Shown piece by piece: positions 18,355-32,251 of a DNA stretch of 64,000 nucleotides. Position 1 is the stretch's first letter, and every line of letters begins with the position of its first letter. The stretch covers positions 4,197,375 to 4,261,374 of the forward strand of contig CAVNZM010000017.1 of assembly GCA_963693365.1 (NCBI GenBank), read 5' to 3'. Below the pieces are notes generated by a model. The model was not told where the DNA came from. It ran no database searches and saw nothing but the letters and a program-made list of their open reading frames with translations. Position numbers and translations under genes: made by a program. The stretch is from Amoebidium appalachense (taxonomy: Eukaryota; Protista; Ichthyosporea).

Positions 18355-18742
18355 ATTACCACACTCCACCACACACACATTCTCGACCCCTTCCCCCCTC
18401 CCCCCCCCCCCCCCCCCCCCCCCTCCCCCCCCCCCCCCCCCCCCCGTCCCCACACACACACATACACTACACTCCTGCTTGTTTCTCATCTCTCCCGTAT
18501 CCGTCTACACAGGCAATCCGCAACAAAAATGGAGAAGTGATCAAAGCGGCTGTGTTTCAGTCGTCTCTGCCCAGCGGCACCATGGCTAGGGTACAGCCGG
18601 ATAGGCGCTGGTTTGGTGCGTGTCTCCCTGTGTGTGTGTGTCTGGGGGGGGGTGGGGGGGGATGGGGGAGGGGAGGATGGAGGGGGGGGGGGGGGGGGGA
18701 GGGGGATGGGGACGGGTGCAAGGGAGGAGGGGGAGGAATGGT

Positions 18743-18798
<56 letters not shown>

Positions 18799-18989
18799 AC
18801 AGTGGTCAGGGTGTGGATGGGCACGAGGATGCATTTTGGGGTGTTGGGTATGATAGGGATGTGAAGGCGGGGGGAACACGTGCACCCACGCGCATGCACA
18901 CGCACGCACGCACACACACACACACGCACGCACGCACACACAAACACACACACACACACACGCGCGCGCGCATATATAATTCCTCCTCC

Positions 18990-19029
<40 letters not shown>

Positions 19030-19615
19030 ACACCACCACCACCACCACCACCATCACCATCACTTCCATCACCACCCCCTCCCCTCCCCCCCCCCCCCCC
19101 CCCCCCCTCCCCCCCTGTTCCAAGCGTCCACAAACCGATCTCGGTTTATTCATTGCCATTCCCCTGCCCCAACCAATCTCCTCCCATATGCACACATACC
19201 ACTAACCTTATCTGTTCCAACACTAACCATTTACGATTTTTTCCTAACCAATCATTCGATTGTTTTACCAACCATTTAAATTCTTAACACTTACCATTTA
19301 ATATTTTTTGACATGCAGGAAACACGCGTGTGATTGGACAAAAGCAGCTCGATCAGTTCCGTGAGGCGATGAGTGACCAGGTCAACGATCCCTACCAGGT
19401 GCTGATGAAGAGGAGCAAGTTGCCCCTCTCCCTACTGACGGACTCAGTAAAGGTAAACATACAATTTTGAAACCGTCCCCCCCCCCCCTGTGGATGACGT
19501 GGGCCCCCCCTGAGGATGGGCTCTGCTTATTATGCATCCTCTTTATGTATGGCTTGCATTCTGCATCGTGTTATCCGTTTGTTCTTGTGTACTTCGTACT
19601 TTTTGACGCATTCAA

Positions 19616-19655
<40 letters not shown>

Positions 19656-20092
19656 CTGCTCCAACCCCCGCCCCTCCACGGCCTTCACACACACACACAC
19701 ACACACACACAACACACACACACACACACAACACAACACGATTACACCACCACACACGCATCTTTCCCAAGTGCAACATCTGCTCATACAAAGTTCCCTT
19801 TTTTTAATTTTTTTCCCCTTCCCCTCCCCCCAGGCGAACCCCCGCCCACCCCTGCCTTCCCTGCCTCCCCGACCCCACGCCTCCCCAGTGATGGTTTTTC
19901 TGTAAATTTTATCAGGCTTTTTTTATCAGGTAGCACGAATGCAGAGGTGATCACTTCCACTTGCTCCTCTGTAACCAACTTTCGTTACCCCTCCCTCTTC
20001 CCCTCGACCACCCACCAAAAACACACACACGCATGCACACACGCACACACACGCACGCACACACGCACACACGCACACACACGCGAGCGCGT

Positions 20093-20160
<68 letters not shown>

Positions 20161-20227
20161 CCTCCCCCCCCACCCACACACACACGATCGCACACACACA
20201 CACACACAACATACACACGTACCCACT

Positions 20228-20280
<53 letters not shown>

Positions 20281-20455
20281 ACAGCAACAACGGGTGCACC
20301 TTCTTGACACGGAGTCCTTTGAGACTACTTTTGGTAAAAAGGCGCAAAGAAAGAAGCCAAAGGTCGCCATCGCAGACCTGAGTGAAATGGTGGCCAAAAT
20401 CGAAGAAGATGAAGGTATGTGTGAACGGAACTATTCATACTATGTATGGAAATTA

Positions 20456-20515
<60 letters not shown>

Positions 20516-21137
20516 CACACTACACACACACACACACAACACGTGTTCTAATGCATATATAATATATGGAAGAATCGCCGAGTGTGTTTAGAAAATACAA
20601 ATACGAGAAGGCAGCTATTGTTACCACACCCCTGCGAAATCGGTCCCCACATTCATGCACACACTTCTGCATGTATGCACAGGCATGTGTGGGCGAGCGC
20701 GCGCACACACCACACACACATGCACACGCACGGACACACACACGCACATGCACACGCACGCACGGACACACATTCACATGCACACACACACATACCCACA
20801 TACACATGCACATTCACACCTTTGTAGGCATGCTCGCACAGCTACACATGCACAGCATCCCCTCCATCACCATTTCCATGTTATTGCCCAACTGCTCTCT
20901 CGCACAATTTGGGAACCAGCTATACTTCTCACTAGTTTCTACTCTTGTGGTCATCTGATCAAACCCCCCTCCCCCCCCCCCCCCCTCCCCCCCCCCCCCC
21001 CCCCCCCCTCGTCGTACACACCACGCACGCACATGCTCTTTTACAGCTTACCCGACGTGACACGGCATGCACACACACACACACATTCGAACATACACTT
21101 ACACGCAGACGCGCACTCACTCAAGAGCATGTGCATG

Positions 21138-21183
<46 letters not shown>

Positions 21184-21405
21184 GCATGAACACACACACA
21201 CACACACACACTGCATGAACACACACGCGCGCGCGCACACACACACACACACATTTCTACTACAGACAAGTACGATTCTGCCAAGGACAGCAATTTCAAA
21301 TACGAGACAAACTCTGTGAGGGAGGAGGCGTCGGATCGAATGTTCAGTAAGGGCCAGAGCAAGAGAATTTGGGGTGAACTGTACAAGGTGTGTGTGTGTG
21401 TGTGT

Positions 21406-21480
<75 letters not shown>

Positions 21481-22260
21481 CGCGCGTTTGTAGGGGTGGT
21501 GGTGGGTAGGCGTGTTCGTGTGTGGGTGTGATTGGGTGGGTGGGTGCGCGTGCGTGCATGTGTGCGTGTGCATGTTCGTGTGTGCGCACGTGTGCCTGTG
21601 TATCTGTGTGTGTCGTGTGGGTGTGGGTGGGTGGGGGGGGGGTTGAGGGTGAGGATATGGGTATGGGTGTGTGTGTGGTTGTGTGTGGGCGGGTGTGTGT
21701 GTGGGGGGGGGGGGGGGGGGGGACTGTGCGAGGTGTGCGTGTGGGTGGGCGAGTGGGTAATTGGGTAGGGTAGCGTTGGGTGAACGTGTGCATGTGGGTG
21801 TGAATGGTTTGGCGCCTGGGTTAGTTAGTTGGCGCGGTTCGGATTGTGGGGGTGGTTGGGTGGTTGGGTGAGTTCCTATGTGGGCAAGTGTGTGTGTGTT
21901 GTGCGTGCGTGCGTGTGTGCATGTGTGTGTGCGTGTTGGGAAGGGGATGTTTATGAGGCACACAGAATGCTCTGTTGTGCCCTGCATAACCCTACTTTTT
22001 TTTCGATTTTATAAAAAAATTTGAATGGAAAATGTGTTCAAAAATGGTCAAAATGGCACGCCCCTTATACCATTGGTTAATTGTCAGGTGATCGATTCTG
22101 CCGACGTTATTATCCAAGTACTGGACGCGCGCGACCCCATGGGCACACGGACCCCCCACATTGAGAATTTCCTGAAGAAGGAAAAACCCCACAAGCACCT
22201 GATTTTCGTGCTCAACAAGTGTGATTTGGTCCCAACTTGGGTCACGGTATGCTTTGAAGT

Positions 22261-22295
<35 letters not shown>

Positions 22296-23085
22296 ATCTA
22301 AAAAGGGGGGTTTTTTTTTAAAAAAAAGAGGGAAAAAAAGGGAGAGAAAAAACCCTCAACCAAGGAAAGATTGGAAGGAAAGAAGGAAGAAAGCAAGAGG
22401 TGTCTTTGTGGGATCATAGCCTCACTGTGACTACAAACATCCCCCCCTACCCGGGGGCTTTCTCCATCCCACACTACTCCCGAATATGATTGCTGTTCAC
22501 CTTCTATTCTTCCCTTTACTTCCAGAAGGTATGAGAATGATATGGTGGAGATGGGGGTGGGTGAAGGGGGAGGGGGAAGGGGAAGGAAAGTGAGAGGAAG
22601 AGTGAAATGTGTGTGTGCACGTGTAGACTAGAACAAACTAACTGAAACTATGCTCTTGCAAGCTCACATGCCTGCAGTCATGCACACACACGCACCCACC
22701 CACACACACACACACATGCAGGCGTGGATGCAGACACACACACACACACACGTACACGTACACACGTACACGTGCACGTGCACGTGCACACACAGGCCAA
22801 GTGGGTCAAAACTCTGTCTGCCGAGCACCCCACCCTTGCCTTCCACGCATCCATCAACAATCCATTCGGCAAAGGCTCCCTCATTCAGCTGCTTCGTCAA
22901 TTCGGTCACAACCCCTCCCAACCCCCTCACTAATCCTAAAACAAGAAGGAGCATATTGATGTATGTGAGGTCATATTTTTTTTGTTTTTGTGTGTGTGTG
23001 TGTGGTGGTGGTGGGGAGGGGGTGGGGGTGGGGGGAAGGATGAAGATCGGGGAAGAGGATGCACGTTTCACTCCCCCTCCTCCTC

Positions 23086-23127
<42 letters not shown>

Positions 23128-23308
23128 CCCCCCCCCCCCCCCCCCCCTCTTTGCTTTAATTATAATGCAGAAGAAAGCCCCCACCCCCCTCCCCACCCCT
23201 GCCCCGGAAGGATGTGCTCTGCTTATGATGCATACTCTTTTTGTGTGGTTTGCACTCTGCATCGTGTTATCTTTTGTTCATGTGTACTTCGTACTTTATG
23301 ACGCATTC

Positions 23309-23343
<35 letters not shown>

Positions 23344-25626
23344 CCGTCCGGGCATGGTTGCTCTGTGTCGTGCATCTGTAAGCACATACGCATTTTTCGC
23401 TGCACTGCATTAGTTTGCACACACATCTGCACCGTTTTGCTCACCTTGCTTGCATAAGCAACCCTGCTCGTCTTTGATCAAGACGGGTTGACCCGCCCAA
23501 GTTCAGTTGATGCTGCTGTCTGAGTTGGAGCGTCGTATATACGCGGGCTAAGGGGTCGAAACTCAGACGCAATTGATGACTTGGGTCCTCCCTGAGGATG
23601 AGCTCTGCTTATGACGCATACTGTGCACATGGCTGATGTTGCATACCTGAATGTTTGCCTTTGCATGTGTCCTGCACCATGCTTCTCGTCGTGTATGCGT
23701 ACTTCGTACCGTTTTCCGCATTCAAACCCCCCCGGCCGTCCGCCCAGGGCAGTAATGCTGAGCCATGGAGTTTGAAACTTTGTCCTTTTTAGCCTTTTGT
23801 TTTCTTTTCTTTGTGTTTGCGTAAGGTTTACTGTCCCCAAATAAGGCAAATTCCACGACGACAAGAGGCAGATCAGTGTAAGATTCATCGAATATTGTTG
23901 CAACCGGACATACACTTACGTACTGTCCACTTGCAAAACAAAATCAAGGCAAATACATAAATCTACGTTATGCCCATTTACTAAAAAAAAAAGGTAAATC
24001 CCATATGCTTACGCGAGTTCCACCTTCCAAATAAGGCAAATTCCACGACGACAAGAAGCAGATCAGTGTAAGATTCATCGAATATTATTGCATCTGGACA
24101 TATGCTTACGTAAGGTCCACTTACAAATTATTAGCAAATACATTCATATTCCTACTTCTTTTTTAATTTTATGCTTACGTTATGCCTATATACCAAAAAA
24201 TGCAAATACATACATATGCTTACCCGAGCCCCACTTTCCAAAAAAAAAAGGGGGGGGGGATCACATGTGCTTACGTAATGCTCCCCTGATTTCCAAAAAA
24301 GGCAAATTCCACGACGACAAGAAGCAGATTAGTGTTGGGTTCATCGGGTATCCCAACGTGGGCAAGTCGTCAGTCATTAACACACTGGCTAAGAAGAAGG
24401 TCTGCAACGTGGCCCCGGTGCCAGGAGAGACAAAGGTGCGTAATGTGTGTACGGCCACCGCTCGATATAACGCCCCCCCTGGGTTACACTTCGGGGGGGT
24501 GTTATATCGTGGGGGGCGCTATATGTAATGTGTCCGTATTCAAATCCTTCCCGAGACCCTAAATCGGTGACATCGCTCGGGGGGGGGGGGGGGGGGGGGG
24601 GGGTCTATATAGGGGGAGGGCGCTGTATTGTGGGGGTGCTATAACGCGTGGTGACTGTACATGTGTGTGTGTGTGGGGGGGGGGGGGGGGAGGGGAGGGA
24701 AGGGGAGGGGAAGGGGTGCGCAGCAGGGTGGGGGGGGGGGGGGGGGGGGGGGGGGAAGGGCAGGGGAGTGTGTGCTTGTTTATGTGTGCGTGGGGGGTTG
24801 ATTTGGGGGGGCTGAGGGGATGGGGAGAGTGCGTGCAGGAGCGTGTGTAGGTGCACACATGAGCGCACGCATGTGTGTGTGTGTGCATGTGTGTGTGTGA
24901 TGCGCGTGTACGTGGGGGAGAGCGAGGAGGGGGATCTGTGGTTTTGCGTGGCAGTTATACATGCGCACCCACAAACCATCACATACACGTGCGTGTACGC
25001 ACACACACACACACACACACACATCCTGAAATCGCGCACGTACTCTTGCACACTTACCCTCGATACTCGCATACACACTCCCACACATCCACCTCCCCCC
25101 CCCACTACTTCCCACACACGCACACCCCATCCTGCCCCCTTCTGTCCCCCTTTCCACACAAACATCTCCTACAAAAACACACTCCTTGTACGTGCCTTGC
25201 ACTATGTGCTCACGAGGTTGTCCGTCGTGAATGTGTGTGCTTTGTACTCTGAAACACATCCTCGCCCTCCCCTTAACCCCCCTCCCCCCACTCCCCGCCC
25301 CACCTCACCCAACACACACACACACACACAAACTTAACACACACGTACACTACACACGTACACACACACACACACACAAACTTAACACACACGTACACTA
25401 CACACGTACACACATACACGTACACTACACACGTACACACATACACGTACACTACACACGTACACACATACACACCTACCCCTTACACGTACACCTACAC
25501 GTACGCGTAAACGCGTGCAGGTGTGGCAATACATCACTCTGCTCCGTCGCATCTACCTCATCGACCAAAAGTCGTTCTAACCTCCACCTTCCCCTCCCTC
25601 CCTCCCCCCCCTCCCCCCCTCCTCCT

Positions 25627-25684
<58 letters not shown>

Positions 25685-26475
25685 ACACACATGCACAGGT
25701 GTGGCAATACATCACTCTGTTCCGGCGCATCTACCTCATCGACTGTCCGGGTGTGGTCTACTCGTCCAACGACAGTGAGACGGACAAGGTGCTTAAGGGG
25801 GTGGTGAGGGTGGAGAACCTGAAGAGCCCGGAGGACCACATCCCTGCCGTGCTGCAACGCGCAAAGAAGGTGCGTGCTAATTATTCATTAAGTATTGATA
25901 TAAGGAGTTAGAGCAATAATATTGATTATAATCACCTTGACTCCTTGTCTCTCCCCCCCCCCCCCCCTCCCTCCCCCCCCCTCCCCGCCCTCCCCCCCCC
26001 TCCTCCTCCTTTGCATCACGCAAAGAAGGTGCGGCCCAAAAAACAAAAAACAAATAATAGTTATAATAAATCTGGTCCCTCACCCCTCAACCCCACCTCC
26101 TGTTTTTTCCCCTTTTATACATGTGCGCGTTCTTACCTCTTTGCATACCCTACCCCCTCCCCCCCACACACACACTGCAAACACACGCACACACAGGAAC
26201 TCCTTAATCATAAGTCGTGCACACGGTTTCCTGCCGGGGATTTCCGGTTATTCAATTGGTTCGACGATATTCGACAATAATGCTCCCCCTCTCCCTCTTC
26301 TCGCACTGTGAAGTTCTGATTATAAACCCCCATCCTGCAAAATTTTCAGGAGTACCTGGCCAAGACGTACAACGTGAAGGATTGGACCGATCACGTCGAC
26401 TTTTTGGACCAGCTGGCAAGAAACTACGGCAAACTGCTGAAGGTAGTGAAATTTCGGAAATAGAACTTCCCTACA

Positions 26476-26547
<72 letters not shown>

Positions 26548-26625
26548 CGAGTCTCGGGTCTCTTTCTATATCGTATGCTCCGGGCTTTCACTTAGTATCC
26601 TAGAACGTCTGTTGCATTCCCCTCT

Positions 26626-26656
<31 letters not shown>

Positions 26657-27260
26657 CCCAAAAAAAAAAAAGCTCTTTTTTCCGTGCGTCTTTTTTCGTT
26701 CACTTTCGTTTTTGGGCCCTTTTCTCGTCTTGTGATTTAAAGGGTACCAACAGGGCATCTGGTTGGTTGTGCAATAGTAACCGTTTTAGTTTGCTTGTCT
26801 CGTGCCCATGTTGTATGAACCGGTTTTATTTTTTTATCACACACACACAACACACACACACACACACACACACACCTACAAGGTCCCAAGGGCGGATCTC
26901 ATTGGTTTTGCGACAGTTACCCGATGATTATGCAAGTCTCCTTCACATGTTTGATGGCCCTTAAGTGAGGATTTTTTTTTATATTATAAAATTTTCTTAA
27001 TAAAATTAACGGGATTTCTTTGCTGGCACTTGCTCATTTCTGCTCCGGATATATCCATCTAAGCTCATATTTAAGCTAATTCGATCCATATTTCACCCTT
27101 CTCAACTCATTTTAATCCCTTCTAACACGCTTTATTTAACCCAATTAGGGTGGGGAGGCAGACATCGGCACTGTGGCCAAGATGGTGCTGCATGACTGGC
27201 AGAGGGGCCGTGTGCCCTACTTTGTGGCCCCGACAGACGAGCAGGCTGCAAAGGCCGAGA

Positions 27261-27340
<80 letters not shown>

Positions 27341-27522
27341 GCGTGTGCGTGTGTGTGAGTGAGTGTTTCTGCCTTATTTACACCACTGCCCACACCCCCC
27401 CTTACCCCATACACACCACCATCACCACCACCACCACTCCCCCGAATACTCTAAAAGAAGATGGTCTGTCTGCCCCAAACACTCCCCCCCCCCCTCCCCC
27501 CTCCCCCCCCCTCCCCCTCCCC

Positions 27523-27556
<34 letters not shown>

Positions 27557-28192
27557 TGCCCTTGCTCCACCTTACCTTCTTTCCCCACCTCTCAGCGCTA
27601 CCCCCTCCCGCCCCCCTCCCGCCGGCGCCCCCTCTCCCAAAATCCTCCTTGGAGCAAAGGGGATGGGCAATATTTTGATGCATGTTCCTTCTGTGTGTTT
27701 TTTTTTTTGGCAAAATCTGCATAGTATTATCCGTCGTGAATGTGTACTACTACGCTATATAATTCGCAACACTTTCTGATCCCCCCCCCCCCCCCCCCCA
27801 CCCACCCCATGCAACCGGGCATGGTTGCTCTGTGTCGTGCATCTGTAAGCACATACGCGTTTGTCGCTGCACTGCATTAGTTTGCACATACATCTTCACC
27901 GTTTTGCTCACCTTGCTTGCATAAGCAACCCTGCTCGTCTTTGATCAAGACGGGTTGACCCACCCAAGTTCAGTTGATGCTGCTGTCTGAGTTGGAGCGT
28001 CGTATATACGCGGGCTAAGGGGTCGAAACTCAGACGCAATTGATGACTTGGGCCCTCCCTGAGGATGGGCTCTGCTTATGACGCATACTGTGCGCATGGC
28101 TGATGCTGCATACTTGAATGTTTGCCTTTGCATGTGTCCTGCACCATGCTTCTCATCGTGTATGCGTACTTCGTACTGTGTTCCGCATTCAA

Positions 28193-28251
<59 letters not shown>

Positions 28252-29252
28252 CCCTCCCTCCCTCCCTCCCTGTCTCTCTCTCTCTCCCTCCCTCCCTCCC
28301 TCCCTCCCTCCCTCCCTCTCTCCCTCCCCCCCCCCCCCCCCCCCCCCCCCAGCTTACGGAGGAACGCAAGAAGAAACGAGGAAAGAACACAGATACGCTC
28401 CGTGTACCCCAGCGGCTCCAAAACATCAAAAAGACTGCCGAAGCAGATGCTATGGACAAAGACACGGCACCGGAGGGGTCTGCTATGGAAATTGCAGAAA
28501 TTGCGGAGGGGGCAAGACACGAAATTGAGAAATTGGAGATGGAAGACCTTGAAAAATCACTGAAAAATGATGGTATTGATGATGATAGCGGGGAGGAAGG
28601 GGTTAATGGTAATAAGGGGAAGAAGGGGAAGGGGACGAAAAAGGGAAAGAAGGGGGAGAAGGACAAGGAGAAGGAAGTGGGAGGGAAGGGGGGTAAGAAG
28701 GGAGAGGGAGAGGGGGAGGGGGAGATGGATTGGGACACTGTGTTTGAGAGCGTGGTGGGCGAGGTGGTCACGGAGATGCCGAAGGGCAGAAAGCAAAAGA
28801 AGGTGGAAAAGGAGGGAGAGGGGGAGGAGGAGGGAGGGAAATCGAGGAAGAGAAAGAGGGGAGAGGGAGAAGTAGAGGAGGAGGAGGGAGGGAAATCGAA
28901 CAAGAGAAAGAGGGGGGAGAGCGAATCGGAGGGAGGGAACACGGGAGGGGAAGAGGGAGAGGGAGAGGGAGAAGGAGAGGATCAATGGGTGGATGAAGAG
29001 GAAGGGGAGGAGGAGGAGGAGAGGGAGAGGGGGGACAGCGCCGACGAAGCACCAATCAAAGAGGAGGATCCATTGCCTAAAAAGGGTAGAAAGGCCGCCG
29101 CCGGGGCCGCCGCTGCCGCCGCGGCGTCACCCGGGCAGAAGGGAAGCAAGAAGGTGCCTAAGGTCAAGCAGAGGATAAAGGGGTTCAACGTGGAGCCGGA
29201 TTCCGATGGGGAGGAGAGGGGCGGAAAGGTGGGTGTTTTGTGATTGATGCCC

Positions 29253-29317
<65 letters not shown>

Positions 29318-29641
29318 CGCTCTGCTTATATTATGCACACTATTTATGTGTGGTTTGCACTCTGCATCGTGTTATCCGTTGCTCATGTGTACTTCGTACT
29401 TAATGACACATTCAAACCCCCCCCCCCCCCCCCCCCCTTTCCCCCTGCCTCTCCGCGGCTCAATTTCATTGTTTTTCTTCCATTTTATCTCCCCCTTGTC
29501 CTTGTTCTATATTGTCTTTCTTTCTTGTTTCCTTCTTTATTTTTCCTTTTTTTTATGTTGGTGGTGTTGGTGGTTGAGGAAAGGGGTGGGAGGGAGGGTA
29601 AGTGGGTGGGTGGGAGAATGGGTGATGGGAAATGGGCGGGG

Positions 29642-29686
<45 letters not shown>

Positions 29687-29824
29687 ATGGTGTGCCTGCC
29701 TGGATCTATGCGTGTGCATGAAGTTTGTGGGTGTGGGTGTGTGCTGTAGTTGCCCTTCGTGTGGCTTGTGCTCTGCTTCTTTTGGTAATTGGGTATTTGC
29801 CCCCTCCCCCCGCCTGCCTGCCGC

Positions 29825-29877
<53 letters not shown>

Positions 29878-30229
29878 ACACGACACACACTACCATGCCC
29901 ACGTCTTGCAACGTGCCTTTTGCTGTGGTGGCGACATGACCGCATGTGTACACGTGTACGTGTGTTTGTTCTGGTGTTTTTGCAGTTGCACGAGCCTTTC
30001 CTGTGCCTTTTGTTCCGGGTAGGGCTTATGGTTTTTGTGTCCACACCGAATAGGTTTCTAACCCTGCCCCCCCCCCCCCTTTCTCCCGACTTCCTATCTC
30101 CCTCGGATTTCCTTTTCCTTTCCTTATTAGGAGCCCCGCATGAAGACCAACAAGCGCAAGGCCAACAACTACTACAGCAACAGAGACGTCAAGGGCAGGC
30201 GCAGCAAGAAGGCCAAGCTGGGCGACTAA
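15583..30229 (+). CDS. NOG2: Nucleolar GTP-binding protein 2 (circularly permuted GTPase), 14 exons: 15583-15670, 16790-16878, 18513-18615, 19319-19452, 20285-20414, 21266-21387, 22088-22246, 22796-22904, 24302-24435, 25699-25869, 26350-26442, 27149-27262, 28353-29228, 30131-30229
   Basis: Motifs [67 protein letters not shown] (G4), GYPNVGKSS (G1), LIDCPG (G3) and [10 protein letters not shown]. Introns are GT-AG with consistent phases. Confidence 0.95.
19488..19620 (+). mobile_element. 5'-truncated copy of the PLE pseudo-LTR 3' end, between poly-C tracts in a NOG2 intron
   Basis: Nearly identical (one visible mismatch) to ~42130-42261; ends GCATTCAAAACCC. Confidence 0.9.
23200..23312 (+). 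mobile_element. Diverged 5'-truncated pLTR-family copy
   Basis: GCTCTGCTTATGATGCATACTC...GTGTACTTCGTACTTTATGACGCATTCAA followed by poly-C. Confidence 0.8.
23348..23733 (+). mobile_element. Non-autonomous PLE-associated element (453-nt family), 5'-truncated, with ~16-nt TSD
   Basis: Homologous to 27807-28194. CCCCCCCGGCCGTCCG is present on both sides (23335-23350 and 23727-23742). Confidence 0.9.
24450..24659. mobile_element. Degenerate pogo/Tc1-like MITE with TA ends
   Basis: Left end TACGGCCACCGCTCGATATAACGCCCCC resembles the reverse complement of the right end, TACAGTCACCACGCGTTATAGCACCCCC. Internal inverted repeat GATATAACGCCCCCC/GGGGGGTGTTATATC. Confidence 0.55.
27807..28194 (+). mobile_element. 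Non-autonomous PLE-associated element (453-nt family), 5'-truncated, upstream of the NOG2 exon 13 acceptor
   Basis: Runs from CCATGCAACCGGGCATGG to CGCATTCAAAA plus poly-C. A diverged stub at ~27712-27780 precedes it. Confidence 0.92.
29319..29416 (+). mobile_element. Diverged 5'-truncated pLTR-family copy
   Basis: GCTCTGCTTATATTATGCA...GTGTACTTCGTACTTAATGACACATTCAAA between poly-C tracts. Confidence 0.8.
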
Positions 30230-30849
30230 AAATAGTCCCCATGCGCTATAAATAGACCAATGGCGGGGTTAGGCATACGTGGGCCCGGGGGGCAGACATG
30301 AGGGCCCGGGGTGTGAAGTATGTACATGTATATATATGGATGTGATAAGGATCATCCGGTATGGCTTGCTTCAAGCAATGGGCCAGGCTCGGGGGACTAG
30401 ACTCATTTGGTGCTGCGGGGGCAAGTTATGTACTCGTGTCACTTATCATTTTATCTGCCTGTAGGTTTGAGATATATGTTTGATCGAGTGGGTTTGTTTG
30501 TTGTTTGGGGGGGGGGGGGGGGTTGATGTTGGCTTTGTGTTGGTGTTTCAACGGTGTTGTGTGTCCGAGCCCCGGGGGGGGGGGGCTATGAAGCTTTCCC
30601 TTGAACCAATGCAGCTATACTATCAGCTGTACTACCACAAAAGAGTCACCAGCATACGAGATTTTTATGTTTGTTTTTTTTGTTTTGTTTTATATTGAGA
30701 GGGGGGGGGGGGGGGGGATGAGATTTTTTTATCTCCTCCCCAAGTTATTCCCCCCCTGCAGTCTTCGTAGCTGGGTTTCTGAGTCGTTTTGTTTCACAAA
30801 TACATATGCATCAGGCGAGCTGGCCTCGTGAAATTTATAAAGGATACCC

Positions 30850-31060
30850 ATCGACAAGTATACTCATCATTTCTGTTGAATTTACTAAGGATGTCTATCT
30901 GAGATTGACAGGTTTGTCTCGTCATTTCCGAATCGGCTGAGTCTAGTCTAAATAGGTTAATATTATCCATACCAATCGACAGGTTTATCTCGTCATTTCT
31001 GCAGAATTTGTTAAGGATATCCAGCCCAATTTAAAAGTTTATCTTGTCATTTATGCGGAT
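30850..31060. repeat. Degenerate minisatellite of about 4 units with core GACAGGTTTRTCTCGTCATTTC
   Basis: Core recurs at ~30852, 30907, 30977 and 31036. Confidence 0.6.
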
Positions 31061-31458
31061 GTTCGGTGGCATTGTCACAATACACCCCGTACTTAGACAA
31101 ACTTTACCCAACCAAAAGCATACGTGACAACGAGCGCACACGAAGCATGCACACGCTCTTTATACCGACCACACGCTGACATTTTATCACCGGGTGGGAC
31201 GCACACACGCACATGCACATCATTCAACTAAAGACGCACCCCCCCCCCCCCCCCCCTCCCTCCCCCCTGTACCCCCCTCTCCCCCCTTCCCCCTCCCTCT
31301 CGCCCTCCCTCTTGCCCTTTCGGCTGACTCAAGGGAGCTTTGGCTGACTCAAGGGAGCTTTGGAGTTCTTAGAGGAGGCGGGAAAATGGAGAAGTGAGGC
31401 GAAAAGGAGAAGAACGTGAAGTAGGCCCGGGGAAGAGGGAGGGGGGGAAGGGGGAGAT

Positions 31459-31493
<35 letters not shown>

Positions 31494-32251
31494 GAAAGGT
31501 GGGGAGATTGCATAGGATCTGTACTGGTTGTGTCGGCACGAATCCCGGACACTGTGACATACGAAAGAACAAATTTGATTTAAGGATGCAATGTTGTCTG
31601 TTAAAGGTTCATATATTCGTGCCTCTTTGGCACCCACCATGTAATATAAATGTCACCAAACTGCATGACATTGTATTTGATCAATCTTACAATTAAGAAT
31701 AGTCCTAGAAGCTAGACCCGATGATCCTTTTTCCGAAGAAAAAGTATTGAACAGAAATTATCTACATACACTACACGTGCTGCCTGATATCATGGCCATT
31801 TGAATGGGCCGGCAAATGCAAATTCTGATCCGATGAAAAAAGGTTTTTATAATGACTTTATTGATATACTCGTCAGATCATGAAATTTCAGGAACTCAAC
31901 CGAAATTAACATGTTGCAGTGCCCATCACAAAGAGTCAAGAATCTGCATTGAGTTGCAATGACGCTATACTGTCATAACGGCTATCACAATATTGTACAT
32001 CACAATATTTTGTTAAACTAAGTATTCGCGTAAATTATACCCGTGGATTCTAGGTTTTAAACCGACTAATATACATGGTCTACATACACGGCCCAATAAT
32101 AGATATTTTGGAAAATCAGTAGGGTGCACCACTGCGCGTGTGCGTAAAATAGATGGACATACACTGGATATATATGTAAGAGACACCATGGCAGATACTC
32201 ATCTATTCAAGTCGTCTTTTTTGTGATAATTTCCACAGGTTCGCTCTCATA

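Noticed and set aside
27950-28035. HDV-like ribozyme suggested by GGCTAAGGGG
   Set aside because: No P3/L3 (UYCNCG) element, no upstream P1 strand, and the would-be catalytic C is absent in the pLTR variant.
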